64,000 nucleotides of DNA from Pyrinomonadaceae bacterium (GTDB taxonomy: Bacteria > Acidobacteriota > Blastocatellia > Pyrinomonadales > Pyrinomonadaceae), in the NCBI GenBank assembly GCA_030840675.1, contig JAVEEA010000072.1:3938-67937 (forward strand), in the 5' to 3' direction. The notes under the pieces were generated by a model, which did no database searches, was not told the origin of the DNA, and saw only the letters and a program-made list of their open reading frames with translations. A program made the position numbers and the translations under genes. Shown here piece by piece: positions 37,232-47,054 of the stretch (within the stretch, counting starts at the first letter, position 1; the number at the start of each line of letters is the position of its first letter).

Positions 37232-38650
37232 ATGGAGTCTGAAACCAAAATCCAAGTGCAGCGCGAAGACGTTTCTGATCGCAAGCAAGCTACCGCCTGC
37301 GAGTCCCTTCCCGATTTTACCCGGTTGCGATATTTTCACGGCCAACTGCTTGGTCATCACGACTTCCAAAACGAACAAGACTACTTTCGCGAGAAGCTCA
37401 AGCTACTCAATCGTTGTCTGCAAGGTTACGGAACGGTCTGCGGTTTGAAAGTCGTCGCCGTTACGGACGACCCTGACTGTAACCCGCGCGACTACGACGC
37501 GGAGTCTCACGAGTCTGAGAATTATGAGACTCGCGACGAAGCCAAGCAGCAAGTCGAGCAGCGATACGAGCAGGACGAACGGCAAGACGAACGGCAGGAC
37601 GAACGCCGTCGCCGGCCCCTGTGCGTGGAAATCGAGTGTGGGCTGGCGCTGGATTGTGAAGGAAACGAGTTAGTCGTGCGCCATCCCTTACGCGTCGATC
37701 TATGGCAGGCGTTGAGCGAGACTGAACGAACGCAGAGTGGACCCGATCAGCGCACCAGGTTTTATCTCAGCATCTGCTATTGCGTGCAGGCGATCGATCC
37801 CGTGCGTCCGGTGCTGCCCGACGCTTGCAACGCGGTCTCCGAGTGCGTCTACAGCAAGCTGCGCGACTCGGTAAAGGTCAAGGTAACGACCCAGGAGCCG
37901 AGACGTGATCATTGCCGCGACAACTGTTGCGATAAATGCGGCGACCGCTGTCTCCTGCTGGCCGCTATCGAGGTTGGCAAAGATGGTTCACCGATCATTC
38001 ATAACGACGTGCGACGTTGGCTCACCGTTTATGAACCGGTAACCATCACTGGCATCAACTGGTATCACGGCGCCGGCTACACAGTGGCTGAAGCGCGAGC
38101 CATGTTGCGCCACGGGCTGAGTCTCAATTTCTCACGTCCGGTGCTGACTGAAACTATTACCGACGGTGTTGTCGACGCCTGGGTCATGGAAGGAGGCAGC
38201 GGGCGCTCCGGAAATATTTACAACCTGGCGTTGCGACTGGTCGTGCCGCCTGACGCGCCGACGACGACCACCTTAAGTTTCAGAAAGCCCTCCGGCGAAA
38301 CATTACAGGATGGCGATCGTGTGCTGCTGATTGTGCGCACCGATTTCATTCTCGATGAATGCTGTCGCCCGGTGGATGGCAATCACGTCGGCGGTCGCGT
38401 GCCATATTACGACCCGGATTACAACGCGGATCGGGCGAGCGCCGCCGCGGACTCCAGGAATCCCGCCCCGGACAAACCAAGAAACAGACTGCGCAACGGC
38501 AACGAGATCGAACAGCGCGCTTGTGTGACGCCGCCGCGGCGCTATGGCCCCTGGGTGTCAGGAAACAGATCGGCCGGCGACACTTTTGAAAGCTGGTTCT
38601 ACATCAAGGACCCGGATTCCTACGACGAAAGAGCGGCGACGGCAGAGTGA
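37232..38650 (+). CDS. fibre-like paralogue 1 (472 aa), function unknown
   Basis: GAGGAG RBS. The N-terminal module LRYFHGQLLGHHDFQNEQDYF...LNRCLQGYGTVCGLKV is shared with the next two genes. The protein is Cys-rich. Confidence 0.65.
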   Translation: MESETKIQVQREDVSDRKQATACESLPDFTRLRYFHGQLLGHHDFQNEQDYFREKLKLLNRCLQGYGTVCGLKVVAVTDDPDCNPRDYDAESHESENYETRDEAKQQVEQRYEQDERQDERQDERRRRPLCVEIECGLALDCEGNELVVRHPLRVDLWQALSETERTQSGPDQRTRFYLSICYCVQAIDPVRPVLPDACNAVSECVYSKLRDSVKVKVTTQEPRRDHCRDNCCDKCGDRCLLLAAIEVGKDGSPIIHNDVRRWLTVYEPVTITGINWYHGAGYTVAEARAMLRHGLSLNFSRPVLTETITDGVVDAWVMEGGSGRSGNIYNLALRLVVPPDAPTTTTLSFRKPSGETLQDGDRVLLIVRTDFILDECCRPVDGNHVGGRVPYYDPDYNADRASAAADSRNPAPDKPRNRLRNGNEIEQRACVTPPRRYGPWVSGNRSAGDTFESWFYIKDPDSYDERAATAE

Positions 38651-38750
38651 CAACCAAAGGTTCGGAGTTGCAACTTGAATGTCGGCGCAGAGCCCGCCGG
38701 CGTTAGACGACCGGTGGTGGTGACGTTTCCGTTCACGCAAGGAGATCAGA

Positions 38751-40685
38751 ATGATTCCCAACCCTACTTATAAAACCTCGGGCTGCGGTTGCGGCGGCAG
38801 CGGCGCAGTTTCAGCCACTCCCTGCGGTTGTGGCGGCGCTGACTGCGCTGCTTGTCAAGGGCAGGGTATTGTTCGTCCGCGATTTTTTGCCGGACAACTG
38901 CTCACCGAAGACGATTTGCAATTGCTGACGGAATACGTCGGTCAAAAGGATCGCTTGCACAATCGCCAACTCTTCGGCGCCGGCGTTGTGTGCGGCCTGG
39001 AAGTGACCTGTCATCCCTGTGGCGAAGGCCGCGTGCTGGTCCACCCGGGCTACGCGCTTGACTGTTGCGGTAACGACCTCACGCTTGCCTGCCAACAGAC
39101 GCTCGACATCAATGCGATGGTCCGGGCCCTGCGACGCGATCAGTTGGGAGGTTACGACTGCGGCGACCCCTGTCCCGACCCAGGCGCCGAGGTCATCCGC
39201 CCGACGACGCCGGTTCGCGGTGCGAATCAGCTCGAGTATGGACCGGTGACCCCGGCGCCGGAACCGTTGCGCTATTGTCTCTACGTGCGCTATTGCGAGC
39301 AGTTGTCCGATCCGGTGATGCCTTATTCGACCGGAGACGATTGTGGCGCCTTGAGTTGTGAACCGACGCGCGTGCGCGAAGGAGTCAAGTTTGAATTGCG
39401 CTGCCGGCCCAAAGGCGATGCGGCAAACGCGCTGCTGCAGCGACTGTGCGCCTGTCTTGGCGATCTGAACCGCTTGCCACTCGTTTACCGCTCGTTGCAG
39501 GCACTACAACGAAGTAACCGGAGCGCACAGACCATCCTGATTACTACTGACACAGGACCTGCGCCTAGACCGCTGGAAGGTATTGCCAGCGACGTTTCGA
39601 AGGCCTTCAGTGAGGTTCGAGACTGGCTGTTGGAGCGTCTTAACAATGCGCCGTACTTAACGGACTGCACGCTGCGCAACAAGGTCCATGCGATGGCGTT
39701 GCCGACCTTTGGAAAACAGATGACGGAAGCGGAGACGCGATCGTTTGTGGCCGCGACGGAGCCTTTGATCGAAGTCTTCATCAATTACCTGCGCGACTGC
39801 CTCTGCCGCGCCGTCAATCCCGCGTGTGTTCCCTGTAACGATACCGCGGTGCTGTTGGCCTGCCTCGAAGTGGACGACTGCCAGGTTGTTAAAGTTTGCA
39901 ATCTCGAGCGCACCTTCGTGTTGTCTCCGTCCGCGGTTCGCTACTGGCTGCCGCCCTTGCAACTCCTAGGCAATTTGCTTGAGCGTTTCTGCTGCGATCC
40001 GTTGGAGGTGCTGCTAACGGAAGAATCAAAACAGTCTGTGAACGTCGGTATCGGTGATTTCGACATCACTCGATTATTTAAGCAGGAGGTCATGCGAATT
40101 CTGGAAGACTCAAGTTGCATGCTTGGCAGCGAGACACTGAAGGGCCATATCGATTCAATGTTTGCCGCGAGACCCAATCAACCCACGCCGCCCGCTTCCG
40201 TTGACACCGCTCAGGCTGAGGCGATCAGGGCCGCGGCCATCAAAGAAGAAGCGGCGAAGGCCGAAGCGAGTAAAGCCGCAGCCCTCAAAGAGGAAGTTGA
40301 AAAGGCCAGGCTCGCTACCGCAGCGGCAGTGAACGCTGAAGCTGCTAAGACCGCGGCCGCCACGGCGCAGATCGTCAAGCTCGAAGCAGAGTTGGCCGAA
40401 GCCAGGAAGGCAGCCCTGCCCGAGTCTACTCCTGTTCCCGTGCCCGCAGCCGAGAGCGCAAAGAAGGACTCGAGCGCAGCAGCCGCGGTGGAAGTTAAGG
40501 CCAGCCCAGGCGCGGTTAGAAAACTTACGGGAATGCCAAAGAGAACCCGTGCTCGCAAGCAGGTAACCGCGGAGACCAAAGCCGAACCTGATGCGATCGC
40601 GACGGTCGAGCCACCCGCGGACACGGTCAGCAAACGTCTAGCCGTCCGCACTAAAACGAAGCGTGCGAAAGGAGCGAAGAAGTGA
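38751..40685 (+). CDS. fibre-like paralogue 2 (644 aa) with Cys/Gly-rich N-terminus and Ala/Lys/Glu-rich tail
   Basis: GGAGA RBS. It carries the shared module PRFFAGQLLTEDDLQLLTEYV...HNRQLFGAGVVCGLEV. Confidence 0.65.
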   Translation: MIPNPTYKTSGCGCGGSGAVSATPCGCGGADCAACQGQGIVRPRFFAGQLLTEDDLQLLTEYVGQKDRLHNRQLFGAGVVCGLEVTCHPCGEGRVLVHPGYALDCCGNDLTLACQQTLDINAMVRALRRDQLGGYDCGDPCPDPGAEVIRPTTPVRGANQLEYGPVTPAPEPLRYCLYVRYCEQLSDPVMPYSTGDDCGALSCEPTRVREGVKFELRCRPKGDAANALLQRLCACLGDLNRLPLVYRSLQALQRSNRSAQTILITTDTGPAPRPLEGIASDVSKAFSEVRDWLLERLNNAPYLTDCTLRNKVHAMALPTFGKQMTEAETRSFVAATEPLIEVFINYLRDCLCRAVNPACVPCNDTAVLLACLEVDDCQVVKVCNLERTFVLSPSAVRYWLPPLQLLGNLLERFCCDPLEVLLTEESKQSVNVGIGDFDITRLFKQEVMRILEDSSCMLGSETLKGHIDSMFAARPNQPTPPASVDTAQAEAIRAAAIKEEAAKAEASKAAALKEEVEKARLATAAAVNAEAAKTAAATAQIVKLEAELAEARKAALPESTPVPVPAAESAKKDSSAAAAVEVKASPGAVRKLTGMPKRTRARKQVTAETKAEPDAIATVEPPADTVSKRLAVRTKTKRAKGAKK

Positions 40686-41842
40686 GTACCGGCATTGAGC
40701 GACCACTCTTCTTCGAGAATCAGATCCTGGGCGCGGCGGACCTTACCGCTTCGGTGGAACATAGCCGCGGGCAGGAAGCGCGACACAATCGCTACCTGCA
40801 TCTGTGGGGCATCGCCTACGGCCTGGAACTGAGCGGCGAGGACGCTGAAGAAAACAATCAGCCGTTTAAGAAGATCACGCTCTCGGCCGGCATGGCGATC
40901 GACGGGACGGGGCGCGAGATCATTGTGCCGCAGTCAGAAGCCTTGAGCGAAAACACTTTTTCGCAGTTGCAACTTACGGCCGGACTCAACCTCGCTGAAG
41001 TTTGGTTTCCTGTTTTTCTAGTTGGTAAAGATCAACCGGCCCAACAACCACCGCTGGCAACAGCCAGGTGCGACAGCTCGGCGCCGTCGCGCAAGGTGGA
41101 AGGCTACGAGATCACGTTTCGTCGGCCGGGCGAAGCACGCACGCTGGATGAACAGGCTGCGGGCAATGTTGCTGACGGACCAGGGGCCGGCGACTGGAAG
41201 ATTCTGCTGGGCTTTGTTCAGTCGAATGCCAATGGCGACAAGTTTACAGATTTTAAGTATGAGGTTAGCGGCATCGGACGCAAGTATGCGGGCGTCCAGG
41301 CAGACGAGGTGGCGGCGCGCAGCGGTTCGTTGAAGTTGCGCACTCGGACCACGCCTGAGGCGAACAAGCCGGCGCTGCTGCTGGACGAAACGGGTGATGG
41401 GCTACTGCAATTCGGTTCGCTTGACGCGCTCGGAAGGCTACAGGCGGTCTTTAGTGTTAACGCCAAAGGTGACGTTAAGGCTGAAGGCAAAATCATCGGC
41501 GCGTTGACCACCAAAAATGTTCAGATTGAATCCGGCATCGCCACCGATGGAGTGGTGCTCCCTCTGCCGCCGGGAATCACGGAAAAACAAGTTGCGGACG
41601 GCGATGCGATTGTGCAAACGCATATCTCACTGCGAATGACTGGGGAAACATCGCCCCCGGGCGCGGCCCCCTCAACGGACCAGTGGGGCGCTTCTCCGCT
41701 GGAAGTTTGGGTCGACTCCGAGCGCCGCGTACATTGTAAGGCGCGCTGGTTTCGCATGATTGGCAGCAGCGGTCGTGTCGAAGACCACCCGGCTGCTTGC
41801 AATTATATGGTGCTCGCCTCGGTGAAGGAGACGCAGCCATGA
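40682..41842 (+). CDS. fibre-like paralogue 3 (386 aa)
   Basis: GTGA overlap. It carries the shared module RPLFFENQILGAADLTASVEH...HNRYLHLWGIAYGLEL. Confidence 0.6.
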   Translation: MSTGIERPLFFENQILGAADLTASVEHSRGQEARHNRYLHLWGIAYGLELSGEDAEENNQPFKKITLSAGMAIDGTGREIIVPQSEALSENTFSQLQLTAGLNLAEVWFPVFLVGKDQPAQQPPLATARCDSSAPSRKVEGYEITFRRPGEARTLDEQAAGNVADGPGAGDWKILLGFVQSNANGDKFTDFKYEVSGIGRKYAGVQADEVAARSGSLKLRTRTTPEANKPALLLDETGDGLLQFGSLDALGRLQAVFSVNAKGDVKAEGKIIGALTTKNVQIESGIATDGVVLPLPPGITEKQVADGDAIVQTHISLRMTGETSPPGAAPSTDQWGASPLEVWVDSERRVHCKARWFRMIGSSGRVEDHPAACNYMVLASVKETQP

Positions 41843-42468
41843 ATGAAAAAATGCAGGTGCTGTTTGCGAAACAAACTGGTCATGTGCTGGCGGCCTTTAC
41901 GCGCACCGCCGACTCTGAAAACAAACCCAAAGTCGTCGCTGCGACCGGTGGCGGTCTGGTGGTTCGCCAGCCCACTTTAGTCACAGCTTTGTCGGCTACT
42001 ATTCAGGAAATGATCGTACCTGCCGAAGCGCTGGATCTGTCAGTGGTTGATTTTGACTCGGCGGTTTTTGGTTCGCCGCGCGAGTATGTAGAAGGCGGAG
42101 GTAAAATTGCGAAGCTTGGTCCGGATACGCTCTTGTCCGTTTCCACTCCGCCACCAGCTTCATCACCAACCACTCTTGTCAGTTCCCCGGAAGTCAGCTT
42201 CAGCACCACTCGGCTCGCTATCCAAATTCCTACTAATACGGCTGATGAAAAGGGAGTGTGCGTAATTCTGGAGGAGAAAGCGCCGTTGCCGGGGGTGGCG
42301 CCGGAGCGCAGGGTGGCCCAGGGGAAGATAGCCACTGGGACACATTTTATTTCGCTTGATTGGAAGACCAGTCCTGACGGTTCCCCAGTCTCGGTTCCCA
42401 GCGGCAGTTATTTCGTTCTGGCCCTGCTGGCCGGCTGCCAGCCACTCTTTCGAACCATAACTCTTTAG
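41839..42468 (+). CDS. eCIS-associated hypothetical protein (209 aa)
   Basis: Start reset to ATG 41839 (ATGA overlap, GAAGGAG RBS). No motif recognised. Confidence 0.55.
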   Translation: MNEKMQVLFAKQTGHVLAAFTRTADSENKPKVVAATGGGLVVRQPTLVTALSATIQEMIVPAEALDLSVVDFDSAVFGSPREYVEGGGKIAKLGPDTLLSVSTPPPASSPTTLVSSPEVSFSTTRLAIQIPTNTADEKGVCVILEEKAPLPGVAPERRVAQGKIATGTHFISLDWKTSPDGSPVSVPSGSYFVLALLAGCQPLFRTITL

Positions 42469-42486
42469 GAACCGGCAGGCCAAGCC

Positions 42487-44754
42487 ATGGTCGACATCAC
42501 CATCCATCGCTGCACGCTACGCATTGTTCGACACGGCGGTTGGGGCTGGGGACCAGAGCCACGCAGACTACTGCAAACTGCAATCAAGGCGTTGCCTGAG
42601 TTGCTGGAAGCGGAGCTGGGTAAACTTTGGCCCGACGATCTTGAGCTGAATTTCGCGGCGCCTGTTTCCCTAAGAATTCCTATGCGGCTCGGAGAGCTTG
42701 TGGCCGCGACCCACCGGGAAGAAGGCTTCAACTCGACCACAACGTCACCCGAGGCGCAGGCCCTGGGCCAACGAATTGCCGTCGCCGCAAGACGCGCGTT
42801 TGGTAGCGAGCAAAGTGCTGCGGTGTCTCAGTCAGAACTGGGGAGACCTGCGAAAGACGAACGCGCGATCGCTTTGCCGCTCCAGCGTGGACCGGGCAGC
42901 GCGGTCTTTGAGGTGCTGCGGTCCTGGTGTGAGGCGGGCGTGCTTACGCAACGATTGTCTGGTTTCTCAGTGACGGCCCTCGCAGCTTGGTTGGCGCAAT
43001 TGATTCAGCCTGCGCCTGGCCCAATTGCTCAAACTCCGGATGGTCCAGTCGCTTGCGAATCTGTGGGTCGCGCCGCACGCGGCGGCGTTCGGGAAGCATT
43101 GTATCCGGTTACTTCGTTTGTGACTCAACCACGCAGCGGTCACGGCGACTCTGTTCCTGCCGAAGTAATTATTCGGGTTGTTGGCGACCACGTTCGCCGG
43201 CTGCAAGACGCCGCAGAGAACCGCGCAGCCACTCTGCGACGCCGCCTAATTATCCTGATCGAAGTCATGACTGAGCTTGGCCTGCGACAATGTGATCCCC
43301 CTTTACTCGAGACTTTGCAGCGGCTGCTGCCATTGCCCGGCGCCGCGAACGTTCCCGCCAGTGAAGCACTAACGTCGCCGAAGTTCACACAAGATGAGTA
43401 CAGCTTGCCCGGTGCCGCGAACGTTCCCCCCAGTGAAGCAGAGGAAACGCGGTCAGGAGGCAGCTCCGAACAACGCACGTCAACGTCGAGTCGAGTAGCG
43501 ACGACTTTGCGAGAAATTGAAAGGGATCGTTCGAACTTTTCGCCCGCGGTTTCGCAGCCAGCGGTGGGTGCCGACCACTCGGAGACAAGGTCAGCGCAGG
43601 CTTCACTCGTCGCAGCCGAGCGCGCTTCGGAACAGTCGCAACGGTCGTCGCAAGCGAATGTCCCTGCGCTCGCGTTGCAACCGGCAATCGCGGTTCCGTT
43701 GCTTTCTGGCGTCCGCAGACTTGCGGCAGACGGAAGCAAGCAACGTGTCGTCTCAGCCCTGCCCTTCATCCTGCTTGGACCATTGTCGCGGGTCGGTTAC
43801 TTGAAGGTGCTGGCGGCAACCCTGGAAGCGGCAGACGCCGTTGCCTCGTCGTCCCTGTTTGCCGCGGCCCTTGCTTATAAAGTATTGGCGCCGCCCGCGC
43901 GCGGCTGGCGGCGTGAACCGGATGCGATCACAGCCGCGAGCGCGTTCGCGGGGTTGGCCCAGCCGGTACCCGAACCCGAGTTGGCCCAGTTAGCACGTCA
44001 CCTGTACCAGCAACTCTCGCCTTTGGACGCGCTCATCTCCGGAGCTTTGATCAGCGGGCACAACCAGCAAAAACCAATCCTGTTGTTGCGGGCGGGGACC
44101 AAAACCGAGGACGGTTTTCTTTTGGTAGACGTCGAGGGAACGTTTGCAATTCAGTGGGCCGAGGAGCTTGCCGAGCTTCGCCAAGCTCTGGTCCAACTGG
44201 ATTCTTCGTTGGTACTGGTGCCACAGGCTACGGCTGATGCCAAAGTGTTGCGCTGGCTCGCTGAGGAGGGTTTCCAGTTCGTCACCGATGCAATTCCGAT
44301 CCGTGGAGAACAGTGGCGCAACCTGAGGTGCCAGCAGGAACGCTGGTGGACCAACGAGGCGATCAGATCAGACACGTCATTGATAAAGATGGCGCGCCTG
44401 ATGCGCACGGCAGCGGAGGAAGCTGCGTCGAGCTGGGCAGCGCTCATGGTTCAGCGTCCGAGCGTGCCGCTGGCTGACGACCACAAACTCGACCGCCACC
44501 TGACGCTCGCGGCTTCGCTCGCACTCGGAACTGTGGCCTGGGAACTGTGGCGCGCTCGTGAACAAACCTCGCCGCAACTGGCGCTTGAAAGGTTCAGCGA
44601 TCTCGGAGCTCTGGTTACCTGGAATCGTGACGCTGTACACGTGACTCTCCCGCTGGGAAAACGATTTCAGGACCTTCGCGATCACGGTCTCCTCGATGAC
44701 GTGAGTGAGGTGCCGTGGTTCAACGGACGCAGGTTGACGTTCTCAACTGATTAG
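42487..44754 (+). CDS. hypothetical protein in the Afp14 (tail-length/assembly) position
   Basis: 755 aa, lying immediately before the Afp15-like ATPase. The middle is Ala/Ser/Gln-rich and probably disordered, and contains an internal 36-bp direct repeat. Confidence 0.55.
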   Translation: MVDITIHRCTLRIVRHGGWGWGPEPRRLLQTAIKALPELLEAELGKLWPDDLELNFAAPVSLRIPMRLGELVAATHREEGFNSTTTSPEAQALGQRIAVAARRAFGSEQSAAVSQSELGRPAKDERAIALPLQRGPGSAVFEVLRSWCEAGVLTQRLSGFSVTALAAWLAQLIQPAPGPIAQTPDGPVACESVGRAARGGVREALYPVTSFVTQPRSGHGDSVPAEVIIRVVGDHVRRLQDAAENRAATLRRRLIILIEVMTELGLRQCDPPLLETLQRLLPLPGAANVPASEALTSPKFTQDEYSLPGAANVPPSEAEETRSGGSSEQRTSTSSRVATTLREIERDRSNFSPAVSQPAVGADHSETRSAQASLVAAERASEQSQRSSQANVPALALQPAIAVPLLSGVRRLAADGSKQRVVSALPFILLGPLSRVGYLKVLAATLEAADAVASSSLFAAALAYKVLAPPARGWRREPDAITAASAFAGLAQPVPEPELAQLARHLYQQLSPLDALISGALISGHNQQKPILLLRAGTKTEDGFLLVDVEGTFAIQWAEELAELRQALVQLDSSLVLVPQATADAKVLRWLAEEGFQFVTDAIPIRGEQWRNLRCQQERWWTNEAIRSDTSLIKMARLMRTAAEEAASSWAALMVQRPSVPLADDHKLDRHLTLAASLALGTVAWELWRAREQTSPQLALERFSDLGALVTWNRDAVHVTLPLGKRFQDLRDHGLLDDVSEVPWFNGRRLTFSTD

Positions 44755-44772
44755 ACTTTTGAGGAATTCGGG

Positions 44773-46962
44773 TTGCTCAATACGATTGCGACAGAACATC
44801 TCCTGCTTCGCTTGCGACCGCTTAATCGCGCCTTGCAAGCGGCGGTCGCCGCTCAGGGACAAGTGGCTGCGCGTCTGTTTCATCCCGATGTCACGCCGTT
44901 GTGCGTGACTGAAGAGCAAGTCCGCCTGCTGTTGAGCGAGATCGATCAGTTGAATACGGATCCCGACGAGCCGCCGCCGGCTAGTCTTTCGCCGGAAGAA
45001 CTTTCCCTGGAAGCAGTCCTGCGCCAGCGAGCCCACGCGGCGCAAACGCAACTTCCGCTCGATCGCCTGGCCCGGGAACTGCAACTCTCAAGCTTCGAAC
45101 AAGAGGCCGTACTCTCATGTGCCGCCGTCGAGTTGGATCGTGCGTACGAACGCATCTATGCCTTCATCCTCGATGATCTCAACCGCCGTTATCCCTGCGT
45201 CGAGTTAATTTGCAATCTCACTACGGCCACCCTGGTTGAGCGTTGCGCCCGGCGTCCGGCGCTTGGTCCGTATGGAAAACTTCGGCGCCATGGAGTGTTG
45301 CGGGCCTATGGAGATCCGCCCACCGAGGGACGCCAGGAATTGCGACTGGCGACTGGCCTGTTCGCTTTTCTGACCGGCGCCGCCGGAGACGCGACTACAC
45401 TCTTTCGCGACCGGAGCAAGGTAACTTTACCCGCGCATCCGGACGGAAGGCTCCCCGCCGAAATCGATGCTGAGTTAGTAAGGCGTGCCGGACGTGCGAT
45501 CAGTGCTGGCGAAATTGCCGTGTTGGGTATTTGGGGTCCGCGCCATTCAGGTCAAAAGGAAGTTGTGCTCGCGGTCGCGGTCGCCGCGGGTTTGCCGTTG
45601 CGCTGTTGGCCCGCCGGCGAGATCACGACTCCGGGTTTTAGTTGGGAACAGAGCATTGCGGAATCCATTCATTGCGCGACGGCCTTAGGATCGCTGTTAT
45701 GGATTGATACTGACTTGCTTGACGGTCAAGCCAACGAAGGTTTGCGGGCCTTGAGTGCGCTGCTCGCAGACTACCTGGCCGTCTGCAGGATTCCCATCAT
45801 TCTCACCGGCACAAACCCCTGGCGTCCCACCGCTCTGCTTGAAGCACGACCTTATGCCCAACTGGAAACCAGCACGCCGGGCTATGCCATGCGTCAGGCT
45901 ATGTGGGAACGCGCGTTGCCCGAAGTAAGCCGGAATCACCGTGATGATTTGGCTGCTCGTTTTCGGATGAACAATCAGGAGTTACGCGCCGTGGCACTGA
46001 TGACCGGGACGCAAGCGTGTCTCGCCAACAACGGCAGCGCACTTACGATCAATGAGCAACTCGAACAAGCATGCGACGCCATTACACGCAAGCAGAGTCA
46101 CCGCTTTGCCAGCGTAATCAGACCGCGACGCGGCCGCGATGACTTGATTCTTCCAGCTCCGCTGCACCAGCAGATAATTGAGATTGCGCAGTTTCATCGC
46201 GCCTGGCCGCGCGTGGCTGAAGGCTGGGGCTTTGGCCGGATGATAACTGGAGAAGGCGGCATCAAGGTGCTGTTCACCGGCCCTTCGGGTACCGGCAAAA
46301 CGTTAGCCGCCGAAGTGATCGCCGGCGAACTGCGCATGGCCCTGCTCAAAATAGATTTGTCTCGCGTCGTTTCCAAGTGGGTGGGCGAGACAGAGCGCAA
46401 CCTGGAACAGGCGTTCAGTGAAGCCGAGGACAGCAACGCATTGTTATTTTTCGACGAAGCGGATTCGCTGTTTGGAAAGCGCGGCGAGGTGCGTCACGGC
46501 GTCGACCGTTATGCGAACCTCGAAGTCAGTTACTTGTTGCAGCGACTGGAAACATATTTCGGTCTGGTCATTCTCGCCAGCAACCTGCGCGAGAACATCG
46601 ACGCTGCCTTCACCCGCCGTTTCCAGATCGTATTGAACTTTCCTCGTCCCGAACCAGCCGAGCGCCAGCGTATTTGGCGGCTAGCGTTTCCAGCCGCGGC
46701 ACCGGTCGACGAAGAGGTGGATTTCGAGTTGCTGGCAAAGTTGGATATGACCGGTGCGAGCATAATGAATGCCGCCCAGACTGCGGCCTTGCTGGCAATT
46801 GAATCTACGCAGAACGGAAAAGCGGATGGCAGTCAAGCAGCAGTGACAATCATGCCGGCTCACGTGGTCCAGGCAATCGCGCGCCAGTATCAACGCGAAG
46901 CGCGACTGCTGACCGCCTCGGAGTTGGGAGCTTATGCCGAACTGCTGCCGGAGGGACGATGA
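44773..46962 (+). CDS. Afp15-like AAA+ ATPase (eCIS assembly/cargo-loading ATPase)
   Basis: TTG start. Walker A GPSGTGKTLAAEVIA, Walker B LLFFDEADSLFGKR and sensor ILASN. The long N-terminal non-ATPase region matches Afp15/Pvc15-type proteins. Confidence 0.9.
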   Translation: MLNTIATEHLLLRLRPLNRALQAAVAAQGQVAARLFHPDVTPLCVTEEQVRLLLSEIDQLNTDPDEPPPASLSPEELSLEAVLRQRAHAAQTQLPLDRLARELQLSSFEQEAVLSCAAVELDRAYERIYAFILDDLNRRYPCVELICNLTTATLVERCARRPALGPYGKLRRHGVLRAYGDPPTEGRQELRLATGLFAFLTGAAGDATTLFRDRSKVTLPAHPDGRLPAEIDAELVRRAGRAISAGEIAVLGIWGPRHSGQKEVVLAVAVAAGLPLRCWPAGEITTPGFSWEQSIAESIHCATALGSLLWIDTDLLDGQANEGLRALSALLADYLAVCRIPIILTGTNPWRPTALLEARPYAQLETSTPGYAMRQAMWERALPEVSRNHRDDLAARFRMNNQELRAVALMTGTQACLANNGSALTINEQLEQACDAITRKQSHRFASVIRPRRGRDDLILPAPLHQQIIEIAQFHRAWPRVAEGWGFGRMITGEGGIKVLFTGPSGTGKTLAAEVIAGELRMALLKIDLSRVVSKWVGETERNLEQAFSEAEDSNALLFFDEADSLFGKRGEVRHGVDRYANLEVSYLLQRLETYFGLVILASNLRENIDAAFTRRFQIVLNFPRPEPAERQRIWRLAFPAAAPVDEEVDFELLAKLDMTGASIMNAAQTAALLAIESTQNGKADGSQAAVTIMPAHVVQAIARQYQREARLLTASELGAYAELLPEGR

Positions 46963-47054
46963 GCGCGGACCTCAGCAGGAAATGGGTCAGCGTCGTTCGC
47001 TCCCGAAACTCTTACTGACTCTTTGAGTTATGCAACGTTAACGCAGGAGGCGAA

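Noticed and set aside
38658-38672. Sigma-54-like strings AGGTTCGGAGTTGCA (38658-38672, +) and TTGGCACCCGTTCAAGCA (62155-62172, +)
   Set aside because: The GG-to-GC spacing is off by one nucleotide (short and long respectively), and sigma-54 promoters tolerate essentially no spacing change.
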